From assembly GCA_963797095.1 (NCBI GenBank), contig CAWCNY010000003.1:576001-640000 (forward strand): a stretch of 64,000 nt of DNA. The letters run 5' to 3'. Within the stretch, counting starts at the first letter, position 1; each line of letters opens with the position of its first letter. The stretch is from an uncultured Chloroflexia bacterium. GTDB lineage: Bacteria > Chloroflexota > Chloroflexia > QHBQ01 > JADMIH01. The notes under the pieces are model-generated. The model was not told where the DNA came from, searched no databases, and saw only the letters and a program-made list of their open reading frames with translations. The position numbers and the translations under genes are program-made. Shown here piece by piece: positions 1-11,364 of this stretch.

Positions 1-930
1 ATGGTCTTTGTCTTTTTGCCGTTGCACAGCGTGTGAGGAGTTGTCGAGATGCGCTTGACCCTTCAGTTTGTCCTCGACACTGCGCTCTATGGCTCGTACC
101 CCGCGCACTTGCTTCTTCAGTTCTTTCTTGGCGTGCCGGTCGGCCTCATATATGGGTCGAGTAGCTTCCCGCAGATAATGGAACTGGCACAACTGGTGGG
201 GCACTTTGGGCAGAGCCCCTTGTACAGCCAGCCGGATTGACCGCTCACCGTCCGAGATTACCCCACAGATGGATATGGGTTGTTCTCCTTCCCCTTCTCC
301 TGGCTCCTCAAACGAGGCAAGTGCTTGTTGCACCTCGAAAAGCAGGGCCATCAGATCAGGATGAGCAGCACTCAACAAGGGGCGAGCCAACAGGATCTCA
401 CCAGACAGGCAATCGCGTATCACCCACAGCACTTCGTGTCCCATGTCCGGCTGCAGGCCGTCAATGGCCAGCACTACTCTGCCTTGTTCCCTTAGCCGCA
501 CCTTGAGCCGGTCATGGTCGGCCAGGTGCAGAGCCACGAGTTCCTCGTACCTCTCTATCAGATAGGTAACGGTGCGCTCAGCTATGCTCACTCCTCTCCC
601 CAGCAGTTCCTTGTGGATCTCGGGCACTGAGCGATGCTGGGAGTAGCGCAAGGTGCCGATTAGGGTAATGATGTCCAGTCCGAACTCCCCTTGAGGCAGA
701 GCCAGTGCTCCTTCCTCTTCTGGTCGATAAGGTCGGTGGTAAAGTGGGCAGTTCGGGTTATGGCAGCGGCGTATCTTGAGTGTCACTCTACACAGACCAT
801 GCAGTGTTACCACAGTGCGGAAATTGTGGTAGCCCATCCAAAGGGAGCCACCGCAAGCCCAACAGATATCACTCAGAGGCTGCAATGTCAGGTGCGAGGC
901 AGCTGCTGGTCGGCATTGTCTTCTTGTCAT
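1..930 (-). CDS. DDE transposase (ISNCY-like), 3' end runs off the window
   Basis: Absent from the ORF track. Manual translation from ATG 930 (RBS GGAGG upstream) is open to the window edge: Cys-rich N-terminus CWACG...RRCHNPNC, then LAIDGLQPD...VISDGE...HQLCQFHYLRE, typical DDE transposase motifs. Confidence 0.75.
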   Translation of the reverse strand, partial: MTRRQCRPAAASHLTLQPLSDICWACGGSLWMGYHNFRTVVTLHGLCRVTLKIRRCHNPNCPLYHRPYRPEEEGALALPQGEFGLDIITLIGTLRYSQHRSVPEIHKELLGRGVSIAERTVTYLIERYEELVALHLADHDRLKVRLREQGRVVLAIDGLQPDMGHEVLWVIRDCLSGEILLARPLLSAAHPDLMALLFEVQQALASFEEPGEGEGEQPISICGVISDGERSIRLAVQGALPKVPHQLCQFHYLREATRPIYEADRHAKKELKKQVRGVRAIERSVEDKLKGQAHLDNSSHAVQRQKDKDH

Positions 931-1006
931 GGGTAGCCTCCCAACTGAAGATCTCAACCTCCTTGCCAGCATCACTCGTGCCCTCGCTCAAGCCAGCTTT
1001 GCCGTT

Positions 1007-1904
1007 CTAGAAAAAAATGGTAACGCCCGATGTTGAGCGTGAGGCGGTGGTCCACCTCACAACCCAATACCAGGTATCTCAGCGTCGGGCGTGCCGAGTA
1101 GTCGGGATAAACAGAGCTACAGCCCGCTATCGCCCTCAGCGTAAAGCCGAGCTGGTGCACAAAGAGGCGGGTGTCCAAAGTCGGTTGGTGGAGTTGGCCA
1201 AAGAGCGGCCTCGCTTCGGCTACCGCCGGTTGGGCGTGCTGTTACGGCGGGAAGGCATAGTAGCCAACCACAAGCAGGTGCATCGTCTGTACAAGCTCAA
1301 CGAGTTGGCTTTACGCAGGAAGAGCAGAAAGCGATTGGCTTCCGTCAGCAGGGTACCTCTTGCTCAACCGAGCAAGCCCAACCAGGTGTGGGCAATGGAT
1401 TTCGTGCATGACACGCTGGCAAGCGGGCGCAAATTCAGGACGCTGAACGTAGTGGACGTGTACACCAGGGAGTGCCGGGTTATCGAGGTAGACACCAGCC
1501 TGGGTGGTCAGCGGGTAGTGCGGGTGTTGGATCGGTTGCGGGAGGAGCACGGAGTGCCCGAGCGGATCATGATGGACAATGGGCCGGAGTTCACAGGTAA
1601 GGCGCTGGACGCCTGGGCCTATTCTCAGAAGGTAGAATTGGATTTCATTCGACCAGGTAAACCGATGGAGAACGGGTACGTGGAAAGCTTCAATGGCCGC
1701 TTCAGGGACGAGTGCCTTAACAGCCACTGGTTCTTGAGCATGGAGGACGCCAGGCAAATAATCGAGGAGTGGAGAGTAGACTACAACGAGGTCCGTCCTC
1801 ACAGCTCGCTTGGGCACCTAACCCCTGCAGATTTTGCCAGGCGCAGCATCTTTTTCGACAGGATTTCTCTCACTGCTGTTGGATGTAACAATGGGGGCAG
1901 GTCA
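1007..1904 (+). mobile_element. IS3-family (IS407-like) element, right part only; orfA and left IR absent
   Basis: Slippery run AAAAAAATGGTAA at 1011-1023, orfB integrase core, right end ...ATGGGGGCAGGTCA at 1891-1904. Confidence 0.75.
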
Positions 1905-1940
1905 GGAGTGAAGGAGATGGGAGGTGGCAGCGTGAGGTGA
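1017..1940 (+). CDS. IS3-family transposase OrfB (rve integrase core)
   Basis: RPRFGYRRL, WAMDFVHD, DNGPEF, PGKPMENGYVESFNGRFRDECLN, YNEVRPHSSLG. Confidence 0.95.
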   Translation: MVTPDVEREAVVHLTTQYQVSQRRACRVVGINRATARYRPQRKAELVHKEAGVQSRLVELAKERPRFGYRRLGVLLRREGIVANHKQVHRLYKLNELALRRKSRKRLASVSRVPLAQPSKPNQVWAMDFVHDTLASGRKFRTLNVVDVYTRECRVIEVDTSLGGQRVVRVLDRLREEHGVPERIMMDNGPEFTGKALDAWAYSQKVELDFIRPGKPMENGYVESFNGRFRDECLNSHWFLSMEDARQIIEEWRVDYNEVRPHSSLGHLTPADFARRSIFFDRISLTAVGCNNGGRSGVKEMGGGSVR

Positions 1941-2076
1941 GGGGTAGACAGCGTGCCAGCGGGGTTCACCGCCCAGAAACGTCAATTACGCAGTCTCGAA
2001 AACGGTGGTACGTTACCGAGCGAGACTTGACAAAGTACTTTCAGCCACTATTCTTCTATGCGGGAATTCTTTATTT

Positions 2077-3828
2077 CTAGCTCCAGGGAGAATCCAGAGC
2101 TGAGAGGAGAATCAGCGCGCCTATGACCACTACAACAGCGGCGCTTATCACCGGTACCCAACGCGTCCACGCCGGGTTTGTAATCCGTCGAAGGCTGTTA
2201 GTGCGCTCCAACATGCCTTTCATTTTCACAAGTGTAACGCCTATGGCTATTAGCACACCTGCAAGCCCAAGACTAAAGGCCACCACCAAGCTCAGGCCAA
2301 GTGCAAATTGGCTGACACCCGCAGCCAGCAAAAGTATCGCCAGAGCGTCGGGGCAAGGCACTAGCCCACCTGACACCCCCAGGCAAATGAGCGACCGCAA
2401 CCCATCGGGCTTTGCATCGTGATCGTGAACATGGGCATCGCCATGAGTGTGACTGTGACTGTGGCTGTGCGTTTCATGGCTATGAGTATGAATGCCATCA
2501 CGGCTATGACTAAGGTTCCAATGGAGGTGATCTTCCTTAGCGACATGCGTCGCGTACCGCTCACCTGTTACAGACCGTACGGGCAAAGAGGTTGTAGCCG
2601 AAGCCAGGGAAAGCGTGGAAACTGCGCCGCCCACGGATTTGCGCAGATTGGTCTTCGCTTCTAGCCTGCCAGAGACCGCAGTACTATGTAACTCATCTAA
2701 TAATATCCGGCTCTCGTTCCATCTCCGGATCAGTAAATATAATCCCAGGCTGAGCACCAATAAACCGGAAATTAGCTCCAATGCAGGTGTCAATGAGCGA
2801 GGTACAGTAAAGTTGCTGATAAGCAGCAGGGCCAGACCCAACACTAACACACCAACTGTATGAGTGAATGTCACTACTCCACCCAGCAGTACAGCATCTC
2901 GAACCCTACCACGTGAACCGACCAGATAGGCAGCTACCATAGCCTTGCCATGTCCCGGCGTGAGGGCGTGTAAGGCTCCAACGACCACAGCAAGGGCTAG
3001 CATACCCAGCGCGGTCCAAATCTCACCCCTCCAGTTGCGTAAGGTATCAAGCAGTTGAGCGATAGGTCCTGAAGATGAACTTACTTGAGTATCGGTTGGA
3101 GGCTGCACACCCTGAGATGCCGGACTATTAGGGCTTGCTTGCGCTGCACCTCCCTGCGTCGCATCCTGAGGTGGGCTTTCCACCGCCGTCCAGGGCGCAG
3201 GGGCCAGCACGCCGGCAGAGAGGCCCTGAGTTTGTCCCTCAGAAGCAGCCGGCATCTGATAGATCACCTGATAGGTAGCAGGATATATAGGACGCGATAT
3301 TCCTACAGGTTGTCCATCATTAACCACGTCGCCTTTTACACTGACATAGTACTCGTCGTAATCGAGATAGTTATCGCCATAGGTCAGACGAATACGATGC
3401 TTGCCGGACAATGCTTTTTCGGGAGTAAAAGTGTAAGTAACAAGCACTGGCTGGTTCAGGCTCAGGAGCAAGTCTTCATTGCTAAGCGATGCTAGTTCGC
3501 TCAATGTAACCGGCACATCCACATCGTCAAGCGCAACCTGTAATTTGGACGGATGTGCCTCGGACCAAGACGCAAGCTCAGCCGCCGAGGTTTTCCCATT
3601 CCCATCTGTGTCTATCTGCCTGTACACTTCCGGAACAAGCTCAGGACTAATTCGAAGGTAGGACTTTACCTTCAGTAGCTGTGGCGTGAGACTGATCACA
3701 TAGTCGTGCAATACCGACGGCGCAGGGTGTGCAAAGGCCACTGAGCCGGATATAGCCAGCAGACAGGCGGATATTATCGCGCAAAGGGTAATGCGTAGCG
3801 AAGCCAATTTCGTAACCTTGTTTTGCAT
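2077..3828 (-). CDS. RcnA/NiCoT-like nickel/cobalt transporter with N-terminal exported domain
   Basis: Signal peptide ending AFA-HP, DTDGNG loop, GALHALTPGHGKAMVAAYL, TFTHT, His-rich loop, GGLVPCPDALAILL. Likely start ATG 3828 after a GAGGA RBS. Confidence 0.85.
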   Translation of the reverse strand: MQNKVTKLASLRITLCAIISACLLAISGSVAFAHPAPSVLHDYVISLTPQLLKVKSYLRISPELVPEVYRQIDTDGNGKTSAAELASWSEAHPSKLQVALDDVDVPVTLSELASLSNEDLLLSLNQPVLVTYTFTPEKALSGKHRIRLTYGDNYLDYDEYYVSVKGDVVNDGQPVGISRPIYPATYQVIYQMPAASEGQTQGLSAGVLAPAPWTAVESPPQDATQGGAAQASPNSPASQGVQPPTDTQVSSSSGPIAQLLDTLRNWRGEIWTALGMLALAVVVGALHALTPGHGKAMVAAYLVGSRGRVRDAVLLGGVVTFTHTVGVLVLGLALLLISNFTVPRSLTPALELISGLLVLSLGLYLLIRRWNESRILLDELHSTAVSGRLEAKTNLRKSVGGAVSTLSLASATTSLPVRSVTGERYATHVAKEDHLHWNLSHSRDGIHTHSHETHSHSHSHTHGDAHVHDHDAKPDGLRSLICLGVSGGLVPCPDALAILLLAAGVSQFALGLSLVVAFSLGLAGVLIAIGVTLVKMKGMLERTNSLRRITNPAWTRWVPVISAAVVVVIGALILLSALDSPWS

Positions 3829-3873
3829 CACAATTTCCTCGTTGATACCGATACCCATACCCAATCCGGGAAT

Positions 3874-5415
3874 CTAGTTGGTGACCTCGGCATGTCTCCT
3901 GCGACGGCTGATGGACCTGCGCACAAGTTGTAAGTCGCCAGGCGTAATCAGATGCAGGAACCAAAGGCCTGAAAAATAGACAAGAGAGCCTACTGGCACA
4001 TAGATAAGGAGCGGAATGTTTAGCCGTTGAAGCACCACTACTACTACCATCATCACAAACGATAATCCAATGATTTGCGCTGCAGGGTAAAGCACTTCTT
4101 TCTGGCGCAGTTTACGAGGAAGCACTATCCACGCCCAGGTGAGCAGTAAGCTTTCCCCGACTAAGTTGGCTAAACCTGCTCCAATCGCGCCATTCGACAG
4201 ATTCGCTTGAAACCACCAAATAAGAAATATATAGAGCGGCGGGAAGATACAGACCGCAAACGCCGAAATCTTTACCCACTGACGTTCCTGCCCAATAGCA
4301 ACTGCAAGCGAGCCCAGTACCATCAATACACCTGTTACAGGCATACCAAGAGCAAGTAAAGAGAGTACGGGTGCAGCATTCAAAAAGCTGGAAGGATATG
4401 GAAGAAGCTTAATCACATCACTCGATGAGACGGCGAGACCCACCCCGATCGGAGCAGTCAACAGCAAGGTTGTAATAGTTGTCTTGGCTGCAACTCTATC
4501 GAACTGATCCCTCTTCTTACCATGCAATTGGCACAACATCGGCAGGGCCACAGCATTGATGGCGGTGGGTATCATAATCAGCACGCTGGTAATCTGCAAT
4601 GATGCCCCAAACCAACCAATAACATGCTCATCAGCGAACAAACTCAAGATAGTAGCATCTATTTGGCCGTATGCCGTTTGCAGGAAACCCCAGATAAATA
4701 ACGGCATTCCACCAATAAGCAAGGCATGCATCACACTCTTACTTACACTGAACTTGATTGGATGCTTCAAGAAGTAGTATGAGACTGCGATTATCAATTC
4801 GATCAACATGCCCAGTGGGATCGAGAATGCGTACATTACCGCATCTGCCCCCGCCAGAAGCATGGTAACACCTGTCACTGTTGCAACCATTTGGCCGGCT
4901 GCCACTGCAATTGCCCGCCAACCTTGTTGCTCAAGGCCCTGTAAGCCCGACTCAAAAACGTTGGAAATGGTGAAAATCACCATTGAGACGCCGACGATGA
5001 AAATCACGACCTGCGTTTGGGGCGAATAACCTATCAGATTGGCTACTGACATGAGAATGGCGAGCACTCCGACGCCCATTACCACACGCAATAGGAGGGC
5101 ATTACTCAGGTAACGACTTGCTTCATCGCGATCTCGTGCTATAGCTCTGACCAGATAAGTGGACGTACCCAGAGAGGTGAAGATCCCAAAGAAGGTGGTG
5201 AAAGATATCGCAAGTGTGATAACACCCATACCACTATCACCAAGCTTTGTGGGTAATACTAGGACTCGCAATGTGTTGAATATCACGGCAAACCAGCTGG
5301 AACCGAGTACTACCAGTACGGTGCGCAACGCGCTCGGCCCACGATTTATTGTACCTCCAGAAAGATGGTGGTCACGGTTGTGGGCACGAGCATCTCTTAA
5401 GCTTCGTGCCCACAA
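3874..5415 (-). CDS. Wzx-type oligosaccharide flippase (MOP superfamily)
   Basis: About 14 hydrophobic segments, LGTSTYLVRAIARD, QIDATILS..GWFGAS. The true start is probably codon 5349 (ATA, just after GGAGG). Confidence 0.85.
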   Translation of the reverse strand: MWARSLRDARAHNRDHHLSGGTINRGPSALRTVLVVLGSSWFAVIFNTLRVLVLPTKLGDSGMGVITLAISFTTFFGIFTSLGTSTYLVRAIARDRDEASRYLSNALLLRVVMGVGVLAILMSVANLIGYSPQTQVVIFIVGVSMVIFTISNVFESGLQGLEQQGWRAIAVAAGQMVATVTGVTMLLAGADAVMYAFSIPLGMLIELIIAVSYYFLKHPIKFSVSKSVMHALLIGGMPLFIWGFLQTAYGQIDATILSLFADEHVIGWFGASLQITSVLIMIPTAINAVALPMLCQLHGKKRDQFDRVAAKTTITTLLLTAPIGVGLAVSSSDVIKLLPYPSSFLNAAPVLSLLALGMPVTGVLMVLGSLAVAIGQERQWVKISAFAVCIFPPLYIFLIWWFQANLSNGAIGAGLANLVGESLLLTWAWIVLPRKLRQKEVLYPAAQIIGLSFVMMVVVVVLQRLNIPLLIYVPVGSLVYFSGLWFLHLITPGDLQLVRRSISRRRRHAEVTN

Positions 5416-5428
5416 CGGGTTAGAATGG

Positions 5429-7200
5429 TTACGGTTGGTTGATTTTACTGATGAACGTGTTCAGGTTGTCTCCATCGGAGATGCCTATACGCGTCACTTC
5501 GTATAGATCAGCATAGCTGGTGTACTGCTTCGTCTGACCGATAATGGTTGCGGCTTTGAAGCCACTGTGAGCGACAAGCCACTTGGCGCTGTCGGGATAC
5601 TGGCCGTAAGGGTATGAGAAACTGCTGCCTGGTTGTCCGAGATGGGCCGCCAGATCAACCTGGTTACCCCATATTTCTCCACGCTGCTCAGGCACCGTCA
5701 AGTCGTAAAGTGCGACGTGGTGCTGAGTATGGCCGTCGGCACTGTTACCACTCTGGTAAATCGAGTTCAGCATACTCCAAGTCATATGCATATGCTGTGG
5801 CTCGATCCCCAGATCCCAGCTATTCAGCATGCCCATATACTGGGTCACAGTGAAGATACTGGCTTTCAGACCATTGGCCTGAAGCGTTGGGTAGGCGTAA
5901 TCGTATATGTTTTGATAAGAGTCATCGAAAGTCAGCCAGATTGGCTTGCTGGGAAGCGCAGTGCCCTTATATATGTAGTTGTACAGGTCAGACCCAGTAA
6001 CCGTGTGCCAGCCATTACTAGCAAGGTAAGTCATCTGGGAATTGAAGTTGCAGATTGCTACCCAGTTACCGCTTCCTGTGGTCGGATTTACGCTGTGGTA
6101 CATCAGGATAGGTACACCAACGTTCGCAATCACGGCGGAGTTTGTGATTTGCAACGCATTAGAAACAAGTGTGTTATCAATCGCTCCTGCGAAGTCGGAA
6201 TCGCTCAACTCCCACAGTACATCATACGAACCGCTTGGCAGATAGCGTGGCACAGCAAACACCAAACTGAACGAATTGGTGCCTACAGGAACCGCCACCA
6301 ATCTCTCGCCTGGCAAGTCGCTCACCCAGTTCGAGCTATTGTGGACTCTGATGCGCATCCTCATCAACACTCTCTTAGTGGTGGACGCTTCGTTTAGGAT
6401 CGTGAAGTTACCGGTAATTGTGTTCACCACTCCACCCTGCAGCGTGATGGAATTGTTGGCTAGTGAAACATTGCTAAGACTGATGCCGGAGGTATTGTCC
6501 TGGCCGGGCACCGATAGCCACACTTGATTCTTGCCGGTTCGGGTGGCAAGCGTAGCGTTGGTCGAACCGTCCAACAAACTCCACACCAGGTCATAGCTCC
6601 CCTCGCTGCTAGTTGTGGGCACCTGGAACTGTCGGCTGAAGTTGCTCGTACCGGCAGGAGCGCTAACTGTCGTCTGATGAGCTAGGTCATCGACTGCGGG
6701 ATATATATCGAAACCGCTAGGCACAAGGCGAGCGCTTAGCTTGATAGATTTGGTGCTGCCCGTTGTGTTGTAGACCGTGTAGTTGACTGTAAAGGTGCTC
6801 CCGGTGTTCACTATCGTCCCGGCTGCCGGTCCGGTGGCACCTAGAGCTATAGTTGCACCGCTCGGCGTAGGTATTGTTGTGGAAGTGGCAGTAGGAGGAA
6901 CATTCGTCGGTGTAACAGTTGCCTGACCAACGACCAACGCACTCGACTGTTGCTGGCTACCGTATTCGTTGACAAAGCACATGTCCCATAGACCCCAGAT
7001 CACATCGAATGTGCCAGCGTTAGTGCCAGGTTCGACATAGAACTGCCTGGTCACAACGGAACTACCTGCTGGCACCGTCACCAGGCGATCATTCCCAACG
7101 TTGTTATACGTAGCAGAGCTGTTACGGAGGGCTGCGCCAAGTGCATATGTGCCCCCGGTTGGGCTGTAGACGGTGTATGAAAAAGTCACCGATCCGCCTC
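5429..7200 (-). CDS. C-terminal part of giant secreted protein: repeat domains plus CE4 polysaccharide deacetylase (IcaB/PgaB-like)
   Basis: [29 protein letters not shown]. The N-terminal part continues the repeat domain begun in the upstream ORF (frameshift near 7200). Confidence 0.85.
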
Positions 7201-10200
7201 TGATTAACCGAGCCCGGCGACACACTTGCCCCCAGCAAAGTAGGCGCAACAGGCGTGATCGTTGATATCGGTGTAAATGTGGCGGTAGGAGGCGTACCCG
7301 TAACCGTGCGAGTTGCGGTCGCCGGGGTCCCAAGCGTCGCAGTTGAAGTCGGGGTATTAGGTATGGGGGTATCGGTCGGTGTAGCGGTGGCAGCCAGGAT
7401 TGTCAGCACACCGGTGCGTATCTTCTCATCATATTCCGTCGTGAAGGTACTGTTCCACAAACCCCAGCGTACATCCTGCAAACCGGCAGGGAGAGTACCC
7501 AGGCCAAATGTGCGTGTTAGGACGGAGGTACCGGCAACTCCATTGACGACACGATCGGTGATCGGATCATAGACCCACTGTCCGGTACCAGCAGGTGCTA
7601 CTCCTGCGCCAAGCCCTATTTGTTGCGCCGTGGGCAGGAAGACCGTGTAACTAAGCACGATCATTCCTCCTCTGTAGGCAGTCGAAGGGCTGAGCGCTAC
7701 ATCTATCAAGGTTGGCAAAGCAGGTGTGGGAGTAGGCCCGGCTATTGTGACCGCATTCAGGACTGTTTGGTCTCCATACTCAGTGCCAAACCCACTACTC
7801 CACAATCCCCAGATGATGTCCTGCGAGCCACTCGCATCCAATGGTACCCGGAACAGACGGCTTACCGTGCTTGTGCCTGCTCCTATAGTGAGAGTGCGGT
7901 CGTTGGTACCGTCGTACGTCCAGCAGCATGCACCGTTGGCTCTAATACCTGCCCCCAACGATACCTGCCATGAGATTGGGCTGAACACCGTATAGGACAG
8001 CACCAGCAAGCTTCCTGGTGATGATACCAGCGGAGATACGCTTACTGACAACAGGGTGGGTTGCGTAGGTGTTGCGGTAGGAGACCCTACTGTTGGCGTC
8101 CGCGTAATGGTCGGCGTATTGGTCGCGGGAGGGGTGCTGGTGAATGTAGGAGTAACAGGAGGACCAGTCACCGACACTGCGCTCAACGCCGTCTGGTCTC
8201 CATATTCCGTCCCAAATCCAGCGCTCCATAACCCCCATATCACATCGTACTGTACGTCCGTCGGACTGCTCGGTATCGAGAACTGCCTCGCCAGTATGTT
8301 CGTTCCGGCCGTTATGTTCAGCGTCGCATCGTGGCTTGGATCATAGAACCACCCACTCCCATTTCCATTCACCCTCAACCCTGCGCCCAACGACACCTGC
8401 CATGAGGAAGGGCTATATACCGTGTAAGTCAGCACCAACATTGACCCTGGTGCTGTGTTGGTTGGTCCCACCGCTACACTCAACAGCACCGGTTGGGTTG
8501 GGATCGGGGTGTTGGTTGGACTGAGTGTACGTGTCGGGCTTGGGGTGTTCGTTGGCGTTGCAAGAGGTGGAGTGTTGCTGGGGGTGGCTGTGGCAGGTGC
8601 ACCTTGTACCTGCACCACAGACAGCATCGTACTAGCCCCATACTGGGTGCCGAACCCACCACTCCATAATCCCCAGATGATGTCCTGCGGGCCGCTGGCG
8701 TTCGATGGTACATGGAACAAACGAGAGACTGTGCTTGTGCCTGCTCCTATGGTGAGGGTGAGGTCATTGGCACCATCATAGGTCCAGCAGCAATCACCGC
8801 TGGCTCTAATACCTGCCCCCAACGATACCTGCCATGAGGAAGGACTGAACACCGTGTAGGAGAGGACCAATGAGCCATCGGGTGCTATGGTCAATGGTGA
8901 TACGTCCACCGACAACAACACCGGCTGTGTCGGCGTGGCCGTTGGGGTATTTGTAGCCGTAGGTGTGACGGTAGGAGTATTTGTGGCCGTCGGGGTATTC
9001 GTGGCAGTAGAGGTACTTGTATTGGTTGGCGTTCTGGTCGGTGTGTTGGTTATGGTCGGCGTCCTGGTTGGCGTGCTCGTTATGGTAAACGTCGGTGTCC
9101 TGGTCGGCGTTCTGGTAATAGTAAATGTTGGTGTTCTGGTTGGCGTTCGGGTAATGGTAAATGTCGGTGTTCTGGTTGGCGTCCTGGTTGGCGTGCTCGT
9201 TATGGTAAACGTCGGCGTCCTGGTTGGCGTTCTGGTAATAGTAAACGTTGGTGTCCTGGTCGGTGTGTTGGTTATGGTCGGCGTCCTGGTTGGCGTGCTC
9301 GTTATGGTGAACGTTGGTGTCCTCGTGGGGGTATTAGTGTTCGTGGGAGTATTGGTGGCCGTATTGGTGCGCGTGTAAGTAGGTGTTGAGGTCGGCGGGA
9401 CTGTTGCTGTGCTGGTGGATGTTACCGTGAAGGTGCTGCTTGGAGTCCTCTGAGGCGTATTAGTTGGGGACGCAGGCGCAGGGGTCGCCAATGAGCAGTC
9501 CTGCGTAAACGTCAGCATCATACCTGAGCCGAGACCGCCGGTTTGACAAGAGAGCGTCTGATAAATTGAGGTATCAAGCTGCAATCCAACGCTGCCGTTG
9601 AGACCACCATTGTCTACCTGGTCGTAAATTACATCGAACCGAGTTTGGCTTTCATACAAGCGGACCTCAAAGTGGACCGGGGTATTGGTTGACACTGTGT
9701 GCGCTCGCCACTCGATGTTCATGATGCGGTTGGGGGCTGAGCCACTGATAGACGTATACACACCCTCTCCAGGGAGTTCGGCATCCAGGTCCTCGAACAA
9801 GGGCGCTATAGCATAGCTGAACCCGGCTTGCGGCAGGCAACCGCTGGAAATACCTGAGGCAGTTGGGAATTGCAGATTACCATTCACCCCTGCATGAACA
9901 ACTGTGAAGGCCTCATCGTACAGCGGGAAGGCAAACGGCATATCAATGTGCCCTGTGCAGTCATCGCATTGTGTGCGGCTCACGAGAGTGGTACCCGGGA
10001 CGATAGTTGCCCCACTAGATTGAGTCACACTATAAGAGCAAAGTTGAGGAAGATCACCGTTCACGCTTACTGCGTTATCACTTTCGATCGAGCCATATTG
10101 CGTACCGAAGCCAGGGCTCCAGATAGCCATTACGACATCATAACTGACGTTGTTATCGCCTGCTAAAGTATAAGCTCTTGTGACGGTGTTGGTGCCTGGG

Positions 10201-11093
10201 GTAAGGTTTACAGTCGTATCATTCCAGGGATCGGTGGTGAATCCACCGCCTGAGCCATGAAGTCGCAATCCTGCACCAAGCGATATCTGCTGACTGCTTG
10301 GACTCCACACATGATAAGTAAGCACCAGAGATTCATAAGGCGAAGCTGAGGTAGGCGAGACGCCGACACTCTGCAGCGTCGGATGGCTAGGCGTGGGGGT
10401 GGATGTTGGAGTATTTGACGGAGCAGCAGTATTAGTTGGAGCAACTGTGTTGGTTGGAGCAACTGTGTTGGTTGGAGCAACTGTGTTAGTGGCAGTAGCC
10501 GTTACAGGAGTACCCTGCACGTTTACGACCGATAGTCTCGTTTCTAATCCGTACTGGGTACCAAAGCCGGCACTCCACAGTCCCCAGATAATATCTTGTG
10601 GGCCACTGGCATTCGAGGGTACATGGAACGGGCGCGAGACGGTGCTGGTACCTGCTCCTATGGTAAGGGTAAGGTCATTGGCACCATCATAAGTCCAACA
10701 ACAATCACCGCTGGCTCTAATACCCGCTCCCAACGATATTTGCCATGAGGATGGGCTAAACACCGTGTAAGAGAGGACCAACGTGCCGTTGGGTGCAATG
10801 GTTAGTGGCGCCACGTCCACCGACAACAGCACCGGCTGTGTTGGCGTCGGTGTCGCTGTAGGAGTATCGGGGGCATCCTTTTGCTGGGCGACTACTGCAT
10901 TGCTGACAGAGGCTACCTTGGAGTCCTGTGCACTGGCACTGCTGGTTACAACTCCAGTTGGCAATGCTGCGCTAGCCAGAGGCATAGAAGCCTGCAACTG
11001 CCAAACTATGAGCAGAATAAGCATTACCATAGGGACGCGGGACCTGCGGGACAGCTTGGTCGGGAACGATTTGAACATTCGATGCTTTTTCAT
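7122..11093 (-). CDS. N-terminal part of giant secreted surface protein with ~105-aa beta-rich repeats and Thr/Pro linkers
   Basis: Signal peptide, repeated [18 protein letters not shown]...[15 protein letters not shown], a nidogen-like segment ([24 protein letters not shown]) and a long TPTRTPT linker. Confidence 0.85.
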   Translation of the reverse strand: MKKHRMFKSFPTKLSRRSRVPMVMLILLIVWQLQASMPLASAALPTGVVTSSASAQDSKVASVSNAVVAQQKDAPDTPTATPTPTQPVLLSVDVAPLTIAPNGTLVLSYTVFSPSSWQISLGAGIRASGDCCWTYDGANDLTLTIGAGTSTVSRPFHVPSNASGPQDIIWGLWSAGFGTQYGLETRLSVVNVQGTPVTATATNTVAPTNTVAPTNTVAPTNTAAPSNTPTSTPTPSHPTLQSVGVSPTSASPYESLVLTYHVWSPSSQQISLGAGLRLHGSGGGFTTDPWNDTTVNLTPGTNTVTRAYTLAGDNNVSYDVVMAIWSPGFGTQYGSIESDNAVSVNGDLPQLCSYSVTQSSGATIVPGTTLVSRTQCDDCTGHIDMPFAFPLYDEAFTVVHAGVNGNLQFPTASGISSGCLPQAGFSYAIAPLFEDLDAELPGEGVYTSISGSAPNRIMNIEWRAHTVSTNTPVHFEVRLYESQTRFDVIYDQVDNGGLNGSVGLQLDTSIYQTLSCQTGGLGSGMMLTFTQDCSLATPAPASPTNTPQRTPSSTFTVTSTSTATVPPTSTPTYTRTNTATNTPTNTNTPTRTPTFTITSTPTRTPTITNTPTRTPTFTITRTPTRTPTFTITSTPTRTPTRTPTFTITRTPTRTPTFTITRTPTRTPTFTITSTPTRTPTITNTPTRTPTNTSTSTATNTPTATNTPTVTPTATNTPTATPTQPVLLSVDVSPLTIAPDGSLVLSYTVFSPSSWQVSLGAGIRASGDCCWTYDGANDLTLTIGAGTSTVSRLFHVPSNASGPQDIIWGLWSGGFGTQYGASTMLSVVQVQGAPATATPSNTPPLATPTNTPSPTRTLSPTNTPIPTQPVLLSVAVGPTNTAPGSMLVLTYTVYSPSSWQVSLGAGLRVNGNGSGWFYDPSHDATLNITAGTNILARQFSIPSSPTDVQYDVIWGLWSAGFGTEYGDQTALSAVSVTGPPVTPTFTSTPPATNTPTITRTPTVGSPTATPTQPTLLSVSVSPLVSSPGSLLVLSYTVFSPISWQVSLGAGIRANGACCWTYDGTNDRTLTIGAGTSTVSRLFRVPLDASGSQDIIWGLWSSGFGTEYGDQTVLNAVTIAGPTPTPALPTLIDVALSPSTAYRGGMIVLSYTVFLPTAQQIGLGAGVAPAGTGQWVYDPITDRVVNGVAGTSVLTRTFGLGTLPAGLQDVRWGLWNSTFTTEYDEKIRTGVLTILAATATPTDTPIPNTPTSTATLGTPATATRTVTGTPPTATFTPISTITPVAPTLLGASVSPGSVNQRRIGDFFIHRLQPNRGHICTWRSPP
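8930..9400. repeat. Coding tandem repeats ([11 protein letters not shown][RS]) of the Thr/Pro linker
   Basis: Near-identical DNA units such as GTCCTGGTTGGCGTGCTCGTTATGGT recur at 9061, 9181 and 9282. Confidence 0.85.
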
Positions 11094-11364
11094 AAAAGTA
11101 AGTCTCTCAGCAATCAGTCTTTATTGCGAATATGCCTCGGTTGGCAGAAATGCGCGGATACAGATCGGGAGGGTCCCCGACCTATGCATACTGTAAACTT
11201 TTGAAGTGAACTAGCGATTAATAGATGAGAGCGACACCCTTACAAATGTGAAAAGAATGCAAGGAAAACCTCATGTGAGAAACACATAAGGCTAGCGCTC
11301 AAACAGCAGAGATAAATGACAAGCTGGTAGGTTTCGTTTGCGAACCTTACCAGTTTGTCATTTA

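Noticed and set aside
1905-2040. Possible end of a third IS (…GACTTGACAAAGTAC)
   Set aside because: It resembles an IS terminus, but no partner IR or ORF is visible in the window to support it.
8887-9378. Val/Gly-rich + strand ORFs opposite the giant gene
   Set aside because: Antisense shadows of Thr/Pro codon repeats.
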